This document shows positions 52,889 to 60,589 of a stretch of DNA of 64,000 nt, piece after piece. This DNA comes from an uncultured Marinicella sp. (GTDB lineage: Bacteria > Pseudomonadota > Gammaproteobacteria > Xanthomonadales > Marinicellaceae), in assembly GCA_964631055.1 (NCBI GenBank), contig CAZVZJ010000005.1, forward strand, positions 12,472-76,471. Reading direction: 5' to 3'. The position numbers were made by a program, and so were the translations under genes. The stretch's first letter is position 1, and every line of letters begins with the position of its first letter. The notes under the pieces were generated by a model. It ran no database searches. It saw only the letters and a program-made list of their open reading frames with translations, and was not told the DNA's origin.

Positions 52889-53062
52889 TGAGGTGCGTAG
52901 TTTGGATACAAAAAAATGGCATAATAACAGATATGGGATTTTTCTGTGTAGGTACAAGCCAATAATCCACTTCTTTTGTCTCTTTCTCACCAGAACACCA
53001 AAGGTTTAATGGCTTTTAGCCTATAATCTAAACAGATACCGAACAAAGGGGCCACACAAAAC

Positions 53063-55321
53063 ATGCAACGCAAGAAAATCGTACTTTCCATCACACTGGC
53101 ATTGGGCTTGGCCCAATGCCCAGCCCATGCACAAATTGATCCCATCCAGCTAGAAGGATTAGATGGCAACAATGGCTTTCGCCTTGATGGTGCATCAGCT
53201 GGAGACAACACTGGTTTCTCAGTGAATACTGCCGGTGATGTCAATGGCGATGGTTTTGATGATTTGATAATTGGCGCTTATGGTGCGGACCCGAATGGCA
53301 ATGATTCTGGCAGCAGTTATGTGGTTTTCGGTTCTGATGCAGGCTTTTCTAACACATTGAACTTATCAAGTCTTGATGGATCCAACGGCTTCCGCCTTGA
53401 TGGCGCAACAGCTGGAGACCTCTCTGGCTTTGCAGTCAGCACAGCAGGTGATGTTAATGGCGATGGCATCGATGACGTCATCATCGGGGCTAGTGGAGCG
53501 GATCCGAATGGCATTGGAACGGACCCAAATGGCAATAGTTCTGGCAGTAGCTATGTGGTGTTTGGTTCTGGTGCAGGTTTTACTAACCCATTGAACCTAT
53601 CAAGTCTTGATGGATCCAACGGCTACCGTCTTGATGGCGCAGCAGCTGGAGACCTCTCAGGCTTTACTGTGAGCTCAGCTGGTGATGTCAACGGTGATGG
53701 CATAGATGATCTGATCATCGGCGCCTATCATGCTGATCCAAATGGGACTGATCGTGCTGGCAGCAGTTATGTGATGTTTGGTAGGAGCTCTCCTTTTACC
53801 GCCACACAGAACCTGAGCACGCTGGATGGCAGCAACGGCTTCCGCCTGGATGGCGCAGCAGCTGGAGACCTCTCAGGCTTTGCTGTCAGCTCAGCTGGTG
53901 ATGTCAATGGCGATGGCATCGATGACATCATTATCGGGGCTCGTGCAGCAGACCCGAATGGCAGTTTTTCTGGTAGTAGCTACGTGGTGTTTGGTAAAAG
54001 TACTCCTTTTACCGCCATACAGAATCTGAGCACGCTGGATGGCAGCAACGGCTTTCGCCTTGATGGCGCAGCAGCCTTAGACAACTCCGGCCGCGCAGTG
54101 AGTGCAGCTGGTGATGTCAATAGCGATGGCATCGATGACGTCATCATCGCGGCTCCTTTTGCGAACCCAAATGGCAATGATTCTGGCAGTAGCTATGTGG
54201 TGTTTGGCACCAGCGCAGGGTTTAATGCTACGATGAACCTGAGTGCACTGGATGGAACCAACGGCTTCCGCCTCGATGGCGAAGCGGCGAATGATTTTTC
54301 CGGCCGCGAAGTGAGTACAGCAGGTGATGTTAATGGCGATGGCATTGACGATCTACTGATTGGGGCTTCTAGAGCTGATCCTAACGGTGCTTCGTCCGGC
54401 AGTAGCTACGTGGTGTTTGGCACCAGCGCAGGGTTTAATGCTACGATGAACCTGAGTGCACTGGATGGAACCAACGGCTTCCGCCTCGATGGCGAAGCGG
54501 CGTATGATTTTTCCGGCCGCAGCGTGAGCGCTGCTGGTGATGTCAATGGTGACGGCATTGATGACCTGCTGATTGGGGCTTTTGAAGCTGATCCTAACGG
54601 TACTTCGTCCGGCAGTAGCTACCTGGTGTTTGGTCGAGTCACCGGAGTTCCATTGGTGGATTTCGATGTGAACCTGGTTGATTTTGGTGATACCCTAGTC
54701 GGTACCAACAGTGATACAAACACCATTACCTTAAGTAATCCCGGTACCGGTCTGGTCACCATTGATGGCATTAACCTGGCAGATCCCGCATTCGCCATCA
54801 CTGGTGGCGACTGTGGCACGCCACCATTCTTCATCGGCGTCAACGAAACCTGCACACTGGACCTGCAGTTCACACCGCAGATGGTTGGTACCACGGCGAG
54901 TAAGACCATCATTGAAAGTTCTTCATTCACCAGTCCAGACTCGTTTACCCTGATTGGCAACGGCGTGCTGCCACCAATGGTCTCTTTACAACCCGATCCA
55001 TTGGTCTTTATGGACACCCCAGTTGGAAACAGCAACATCGAAACACTTACTGTCGAAAACATCGGCCAAAATAGCACCTTGGAACCCGGCGCCGTTACCA
55101 TCCAAGGCACCGATGCGGTCGATTTCAGCATAACCATGAATAACTGCATGGGCGCACAACTAGAACTCAACCAGTCTTGTGACATCGAGGTGAGTTTTAC
55201 CCCAAGCGCGGCTGGAACCCGAGAGGCCATGCTACAGCTGGAATCCAATGCCCCAAGCAGCCCCGACTTTATCGAACTGATCGGCAGCAGCGATGTGATT
55301 TTTAAATCAGGGTTTGAGTGA
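53063..55321 (+). CDS. secreted seven-blade FG-GAP repeat protein with two C-terminal choice-of-anchor-D/HYDIN-like Ig modules
   Basis: It has the signal peptide MQRKKIVLSITLALGLAQCPAHA and seven FG-GAP units. Two ~100-aa modules follow (VDFGDTLVGTNSD..ITLSNPGTG...CTLDLQFTP; LVFMDTPVGNSN..LTVENIGQ...CDIEVSFTP), and the tail is VIFKSGFE. Confidence 0.85.
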   Translation: MQRKKIVLSITLALGLAQCPAHAQIDPIQLEGLDGNNGFRLDGASAGDNTGFSVNTAGDVNGDGFDDLIIGAYGADPNGNDSGSSYVVFGSDAGFSNTLNLSSLDGSNGFRLDGATAGDLSGFAVSTAGDVNGDGIDDVIIGASGADPNGIGTDPNGNSSGSSYVVFGSGAGFTNPLNLSSLDGSNGYRLDGAAAGDLSGFTVSSAGDVNGDGIDDLIIGAYHADPNGTDRAGSSYVMFGRSSPFTATQNLSTLDGSNGFRLDGAAAGDLSGFAVSSAGDVNGDGIDDIIIGARAADPNGSFSGSSYVVFGKSTPFTAIQNLSTLDGSNGFRLDGAAALDNSGRAVSAAGDVNSDGIDDVIIAAPFANPNGNDSGSSYVVFGTSAGFNATMNLSALDGTNGFRLDGEAANDFSGREVSTAGDVNGDGIDDLLIGASRADPNGASSGSSYVVFGTSAGFNATMNLSALDGTNGFRLDGEAAYDFSGRSVSAAGDVNGDGIDDLLIGAFEADPNGTSSGSSYLVFGRVTGVPLVDFDVNLVDFGDTLVGTNSDTNTITLSNPGTGLVTIDGINLADPAFAITGGDCGTPPFFIGVNETCTLDLQFTPQMVGTTASKTIIESSSFTSPDSFTLIGNGVLPPMVSLQPDPLVFMDTPVGNSNIETLTVENIGQNSTLEPGAVTIQGTDAVDFSITMNNCMGAQLELNQSCDIEVSFTPSAAGTREAMLQLESNAPSSPDFIELIGSSDVIFKSGFE
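54187..54626. repeat. near-identical tandem duplication, 213-bp period, inside the FG-GAP gene
   Basis: 54187-54306 and 54400-54519 differ at only 2 positions by eye, and the remainder of each unit is diverged. They encode the repeated ...SSYVVFGTSAGFNATMNLSALDGTNGFRLDGEAA(N/Y)DFSGR... Confidence 0.85.
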
Positions 55322-55483
55322 GATATACATCTGACTTTAATTCACTGGTGTGGTGAAAACTGAACTTCAAGGTTTAACCAAAAACACACGTACGCTGTGT
55401 AAAATACCACTTCTGTCTCTCTAGTGAATTGAGCCCTGTAAGCGGCATTAAACTGGAGTGGTTTTAAACTCAAGGGTATAAAA

Positions 55484-57076
55484 ATGCAACGAAAAAAGAT
55501 CACTTTAGCAGTTTCAATGGCCTTGTGCCTGTCACACATGCACAGTGCCAATTCTCAATTTGAACCCACCATTGAACTGGCCGACCTTAATGGCTTAAAT
55601 GGCATCAGATTCAATGGCGTTGCTGAATTAGATAACAGCGGCGTTTCAGTTTCATCAGCCGGTGACATCAATGGTGATGGTATCGATGATGTGATCATAG
55701 GTGCCAATGATGCAGACCCGAATGGGACTGATCGTGCTGGCAGTACTTACGTGGTGTTTGGTACCACAACAACTTTACCCAACCCATTTAATTTATCAAA
55801 TATAAATGGCAGCAATGGTTTCACCATTAACGGGGTTGCTGATGTAGACTTGTCAGGTTTTTCAGTCGATGGGGCTGGAGACATCAATGGCGATGGCTTT
55901 GATGACTTAATCATTGGTGCGCTGTATGCCGATGTGAATGGTGTTACTGATGCGGGTAGTGCCTATGTGGTGTTTGGTTGAAATACTGACTTACCCAATC
56001 CGTTGAATTTATCCACCATAGATGGTACCAATGGTTTCGCGCTTAAAGGCATTATTATGGATGACCGCACAGGTCGAGCAGTCAGTGCAGCTGGAGATAT
56101 CAATGGTGATGGTATTGATGACCTGGTAATTTCTGCAGATCGTGCCAGCCCAGGTGGTATCAACAGTGCTGGCAGCACCTATGTGGTGTTTGGCTCGAAC
56201 AGTGACTTACCCAACCCTTTTAATGTATCCAGCCTGGACGGCACCAATGGCTTCATCATTAATGGCTCATCATCTTTTGACCAAACGGGCACTTCTCTCA
56301 GTACTGCCGGTGACATCAATGGCGATGGTATTGATGACCTCATCATCGGTGCGGATCGAGCTGGAATCTCAGGTTCCAGTTATGTGGTGTTCGGCTCAAA
56401 CACTGGATTTACAAATCCGCTTAACTTATCTGATCTTAATGGCAGCAACGGCTTTCTGATCAATGGTCAGTCATCTGGTGATTTTTTGGGCTTTTCAGTC
56501 AGTGCAGCTGAAGATGTGAATGATGACGGTATAGATGACCTAATTATGGGTGCTCGAGGTGCTGATCCGGGTGGTAACAGTTTTGCTGGCAGCAGCTACG
56601 TCATTTATGGGTCTGATTCTGGTATTCCTCACCCTTTTGATTTATCTACACTTAATGGTACCAATGGATTTGCTCTCAACGGTATAGCAGAAAATGATTA
56701 CTCTGGCATTTCAGTCAGTGCAACTGGCGACATCAATGGTGATGGTATGGATGATCTGATCATCGGAGCCAGCGGTGCAGACCCTAATGGCTCAAATAGT
56801 GCCGGCAGTGCTTATGTGGTATTTGGTTCTGACGCGGGCATTTCACATCCTTTTGATTTATCGGCCCTCAATGGAGTTAACGGTTTTACTGTCAATGGTG
56901 TTTCGAATTCAGACACCACCGGTTATTCAGTCAGCGAAGCGGGTGATTTCAACGGTGATGGTTTGAACGACATATTGATAGGTGCTCGCAGGGCAGACCC
57001 GGATGATAATATCAATGCCGGCAGCAGTTATGTGGTTTTCGGCAATGATGTGATTTTTAGGGATGGATTTGAGTAG
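55484..57076 (+). pseudogene. seven-blade FG-GAP repeat paralog interrupted by an in-frame TGA at 55979-55981
   Basis: ORFs 55484-55981 and 56003-57076 share one frame, with 7 sense codons between the stop and the track's TTG 'start'. The read-through sequence is ...SAYVVFG*NTDLPNPLNLSTIDG, mid-repeat. Only the 5' part has a signal peptide (MQRKKITLAVSMALCLSHMHSANS), and the tail is VIFRDGFE. Confidence 0.75.
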
Positions 57077-57189
57077 TTGAGGCTTGAGCTAAGGAAAGAC
57101 TATAAAATAATAGGGTATATGTTTATAATAGTTAGAACATCCGACATCATCCACGTACCCAACAATAAAACCAATCAATAGCACGCAAT

Positions 57190-58227
57190 ATGACCCAAAA
57201 CAAACTCGAATTCAATGGCTCCAGACAGTTCTGTAGCTGGCTGATTGAACACAACATCAGCTTGAGCTTTTCGACTTATCAAGCGGGTAAGTTGTTTTTT
57301 ATTGGTATGCAAGATGAAGTTAAGATGTCGGTTTTTGAGCGGACTTTTGCACGCTGTATGGGCATTGGGCTGGACCCCAAAACCATGAGTTTATGGGTGG
57401 CAAATCTTTATCAACTGTGGCGTTTTGAAAATGCGCTCAAACCCGGACAATCACACCAAGGATTTGATCGTGTTTACGTTCCACAAGTCGGTTACACCAC
57501 GGGTGATGTGGATGCGCATGATGTGGCCATTGATGATGAAGGGGTGATTTTTGTGAACACCTTGTTCAGTTGTTTGGCCAGACCCAGTGATCAATACAGC
57601 TTTGAACCGATCTGGCAACCGCCACATATTTCTAAACTGGCCGCTGAAGACCGCTGTCACCTCAATGGCCTAGCGACCAAAGATGGTCAGGCCGCTTATG
57701 TCACCTGTGTCAGCCAAACCGATGTGAACGAAGGCTGGCGAGAGCACCGACAAAAAGGCGGTGTGGTGATTGATGTGCAAAAAAATGATGTAGTGGCTGA
57801 TGGCTTATCCATGCCACACTCACCCAGGTGGTACAACGGAAAATTGTGGGTGTTAAATTCAGGTGAAGGGGAGTTCGGCTACATTGACCTGACCAGCGGT
57901 CGATTTGAGCCAGTGGCTTTTTGTCCAGGTTATCTGCGTGGCATGAGCTTTCATGGCGATTATGCGGTGGTAGGCCTTTCAAAACCCAGAGGCAATAAAA
58001 CCTTCGAAGGCCTGAAACTGCATGAAAAACTTGAGGATAAAAAAGTACAGCCACGCTGTGCTTTACAAGTAATTAATTTAACCACCGGCGATGTCGTTCA
58101 TGAGTTAAGGATCGAAGGAGTGGTTGAAGAGCTATATGATGTGTGTGTTCTACCTGGTACGAGGAGACCTATGGCCATCGGCTTTATGAATGAAGAGATC
58201 AGGCGTGTACTTTCATTACCGTTTTAA
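57190..58227 (+). CDS. conserved hypothetical protein, TIGR03032-like
   Basis: The N-terminal F..WL.....SL.FSTYQAGKLFFIG pattern and ~345-aa length match my recollection of the uncharacterised TIGR03032 family. No signal peptide is present. The family assignment is from memory and is not verified. Confidence 0.55.
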   Translation: MTQNKLEFNGSRQFCSWLIEHNISLSFSTYQAGKLFFIGMQDEVKMSVFERTFARCMGIGLDPKTMSLWVANLYQLWRFENALKPGQSHQGFDRVYVPQVGYTTGDVDAHDVAIDDEGVIFVNTLFSCLARPSDQYSFEPIWQPPHISKLAAEDRCHLNGLATKDGQAAYVTCVSQTDVNEGWREHRQKGGVVIDVQKNDVVADGLSMPHSPRWYNGKLWVLNSGEGEFGYIDLTSGRFEPVAFCPGYLRGMSFHGDYAVVGLSKPRGNKTFEGLKLHEKLEDKKVQPRCALQVINLTTGDVVHELRIEGVVEELYDVCVLPGTRRPMAIGFMNEEIRRVLSLPF

Positions 58228-58339
58228 CAGCAACGCCACTGGAGAACTGTGTTATCAATGTCACTGTTTTGCAACCAAAACCTGCGTAAAATAACAAACA
58301 GTGTAAAATAGCGATTTAGACCAATCATTCATACATAGC

Positions 58340-59050
58340 ATGAACAGCAACCATTACCCAGCCGAAATAGATCAGTTCGACAGCCAAGCGGCCTTCTGGT
58401 GGGATTTGAATGGACCATTCAAAACCTTACATCAAATCAACCCAATCAGGCTTCAATACATCACCGATCATGTCAGTATCGATGGTCAAAAAGTACTGGA
58501 TGTGGGCTGTGGCGGTGGCATTTTGTCTGAAGCGCTGGCCTCAAGCGGCGCAGAGGTCATCGGTTTAGATTTGTCAAAAGCTTCTTTACAAACCGCCAAG
58601 TTGCACTTGCATGAGTCAGGTCAAAAAGTGAATTATCAGCAACAAAGCATCGAAGACTTTGCTGCAGAAAATCCAGAATCTCAAGATGTGGTTTGTTGTC
58701 TCGAAATGCTGGAGCACGTACCAGATCCGGAAAGTATCATTGACGCTTGCTTAAAAGCGCTTAAACCAGGTGGTTGGTTGTTTCTTTCTACTTTGAACCG
58801 CACTCCCAAAGCCATGATGCTTGGTATATTTGCAGCCGAACATGTGCTTAAAATCGTGCCCAAAGGCACGCATCATTTTGAACAGTTCATAAAACCATCT
58901 GAGTTGGTCAAAGTGCTGAAGAACAAACCGTTAACTATCGAAAACCTGTCTGGTATGCGCTACAACCCGATAACAGGAACAGCCAGCCTTGATCCACAGG
59001 ATTTGGACATCAACTACTTCATGGCCATCAAAAAACATGATCACAACTGA
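58340..59050 (+). CDS. ubiG: ubiquinone biosynthesis O-methyltransferase
   Basis: It has the SAM motif VLDVGCGGGILSE, a UbiG-typical N-terminus (FWWD..G.FK.LH..NP.R) and the expected length. Confidence 0.9.
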   Translation: MNSNHYPAEIDQFDSQAAFWWDLNGPFKTLHQINPIRLQYITDHVSIDGQKVLDVGCGGGILSEALASSGAEVIGLDLSKASLQTAKLHLHESGQKVNYQQQSIEDFAAENPESQDVVCCLEMLEHVPDPESIIDACLKALKPGGWLFLSTLNRTPKAMMLGIFAAEHVLKIVPKGTHHFEQFIKPSELVKVLKNKPLTIENLSGMRYNPITGTASLDPQDLDINYFMAIKKHDHN

Positions 59051-59717
59051 CACCAACATTTCAGCCATACTGTTCGATCTGGATGGCACCTTAATTGATA
59101 CGGCTGTTGATATGATTCACGCCTTGGCTCAATTGGCTGACAAACATCAAGTTGAGCATAATTTGAATGTAGCCCAGTTCCGCCAATACATATCCAAAGG
59201 TGCTGTGGCTTTGGTCAAATCAGTGTTCGATAACCCAAGCCCTGAAAAGCTGGAATCGCTGCGCAAAGAATATCTGGAAATATATCAGCAGCAACTCAAC
59301 ACCCACAGCCAATTATTCGATGGTATCACTGAACTCATCCAACATTTAGACCAAAGCCGCACCCCTTGGGGCATTGTCACCAACAAACCTTCGTGGTTGG
59401 CCAAACCCATTGTCCAAGCCACCCCAGAACTCAACAACTCACAAATACTGCTGTGTGCCGATGAAGTGGGCGTGGCCAAACCAGATCCCAAGCCACTGTT
59501 ACTGGCTGCTGAAAAAATGGGCATCAACCCTGCAACTACATTGTATTTAGGTGACGCCCAATCTGATATCGATGGCGCCCACAATGCAGGTATGCAATCA
59601 GCAATAGCGATGTGGGGTTATCTGGCACCTGAGGATAAGCCTGTACATTGGGGGGCGGGTTTTAGGTTTAACACAGCTTCTGAACTGAATGGTTTATTCA
59701 AACATGAGTATAGATAA
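59037..59717 (+). CDS. HAD-family phosphatase (phosphoglycolate phosphatase / MupP-like)
   Basis: It has the DxD motif ILFDLDGTLIDT, then VTNK and GDAQSDIDGA. It sits directly after ubiG, as in many gammaproteobacteria. The start is set at MITTDTN. Confidence 0.8.
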   Translation: MITTDTNISAILFDLDGTLIDTAVDMIHALAQLADKHQVEHNLNVAQFRQYISKGAVALVKSVFDNPSPEKLESLRKEYLEIYQQQLNTHSQLFDGITELIQHLDQSRTPWGIVTNKPSWLAKPIVQATPELNNSQILLCADEVGVAKPDPKPLLLAAEKMGINPATTLYLGDAQSDIDGAHNAGMQSAIAMWGYLAPEDKPVHWGAGFRFNTASELNGLFKHEYR

Positions 59718-59988
59718 TGACTTACTTTTTTATTACAGTCACACTCATGTCACAATTAGCAACGCTGTGCTTTTTATATTAAAAGCCTACAGATTTAAAA
59801 GAAAGTTTTTTTTTAATAGTCATTTATACCCTTGGCATATATAGGGTCTGGTGGAAACAAATATTATCGGGTTTTCCTCAGCTTTGGCTGTTATTTGGTT
59901 TTATTTTGTACCAATGGTTTTTTGCAATATTACTTTTATATGTAAACAAAAAGATTAAAGAACAGCTTTGAAAACTGTTTATGGTTAT

Positions 59989-60335
59989 TTACTCGTTACC
60001 AAGCTCTGCTTGGTAATGCATAGGAATGATCCTCAACCCAACGAAAATAGATTCCTGCTCTCGCTAGAGCTCGGCTGGAATGACGATTTTTTAGCTTTTC
60101 TAGATTTCCTTACTCGTTTACTCGTTTCCAAGCTATGCATTGGTAATGCATAGTGGTTTTAATTAGATTCCAAAACCCAAATCTTCCAAAGGTTTGATCT
60201 GATTGTGCATATGTTGCGTTGAAAAAGCACCATGTTTTTACAATGGATTCCTGATCTCGCCTACCGGCTCGTCTGGAATGACGATGGGTTTTTAGTTTTA
60301 TTCTCGTTCCCAAGCTCCAGCTTGGTAACGCATAG
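59989..60335. repeat. cluster of REP-like palindromic units (three ~34-nt CTCGTT(C/A)CCAAGC-NNN-GCTTGGTAATGCATAG units plus two ...ATTCCTG...GGAATGACG units)
   Basis: The CCAAGC-type units lie at 59989-60023, 60121-60153 and 60301-60335. The 'GGAATGACG' hairpin-type units lie at 60051-60086 and 60247-60283. Confidence 0.85.
60117..60291 (+). repeat. ~175-bp direct repeat, copy A
   Basis: It aligns end to end with 62567-62742 at roughly 90% identity by eye. The match includes an identical 38-nt run (TGATCTGATTGTGCATATGTTGCGTTGAA...) and an identical GCACCATGTTTTTACAATGGATTCCTGATCTCGCCTACCGGCTCGTCTGGAATGACGATGGGTTT. Confidence 0.9.
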
Positions 60336-60589
60336 GGGTGGTATACCTGTTAATTGGGTGAATTATCCGACTACATCTCTAGCCCTCCTGTTCGTCAGGA
60401 ACGAGGACACAATAAAGAAGAGCTAAAGAATTGCTGAGGCTTTTATGCCATTTGTCGAACCATTGGTGGCACATAAAACAGTCTAATTCATTAAATTAAA
60501 GGAAACCCTAAACTACTCTCAAAATTGTTTTTTTTTAGAATAGATCAGGGTTTTCACAAAATTAAATTAAAAATTAGGTCAGTAATTCT

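Noticed and set aside
52987-53244. An 85-aa minus-strand ORF across the start of FG-GAP gene 2.
   Set aside because: It is antisense to the signal peptide and first blade and to the upstream spacer, and has no support.
55979-55981. TGA recoding (Sec, Trp or Gly) as the explanation for the in-frame stop.
   Set aside because: TGA terminates many well-supported genes in this window (for example hemE, the pfp-like gene and nbaC). I saw no SECIS-like hairpin immediately downstream. The paralogous position is Ser, so a point mutation is the simpler explanation.
51248-57000. Many 60-209-aa ORFs antisense to or out of frame with the FG-GAP genes (for example 54619-55248, 53317-53535, 51458-51649, 44784-45140).
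   Set aside because: They mirror the repeat periodicity (recurrent ...SPLTSPA(V/A)LTE...) because the sense strand is a Gly/Asp/Asn-rich repeat lacking stop codons on the complement. They have no independent start or SD signals.
59968-60426. ORFs 59968-60153, 60110-60313 and 60232-60426, plus 62454-62651, encoding ...LVTKLCLVMH..., ...WIPDLAYRLVWNDDGF... and ...LVPKLCLVIH...
   Set aside because: These peptides are translations of the REP-like palindromic units (CCAAGC-N3-GCTTGG and GGAATGACG hairpins). They are non-coding repeats, not proteins.
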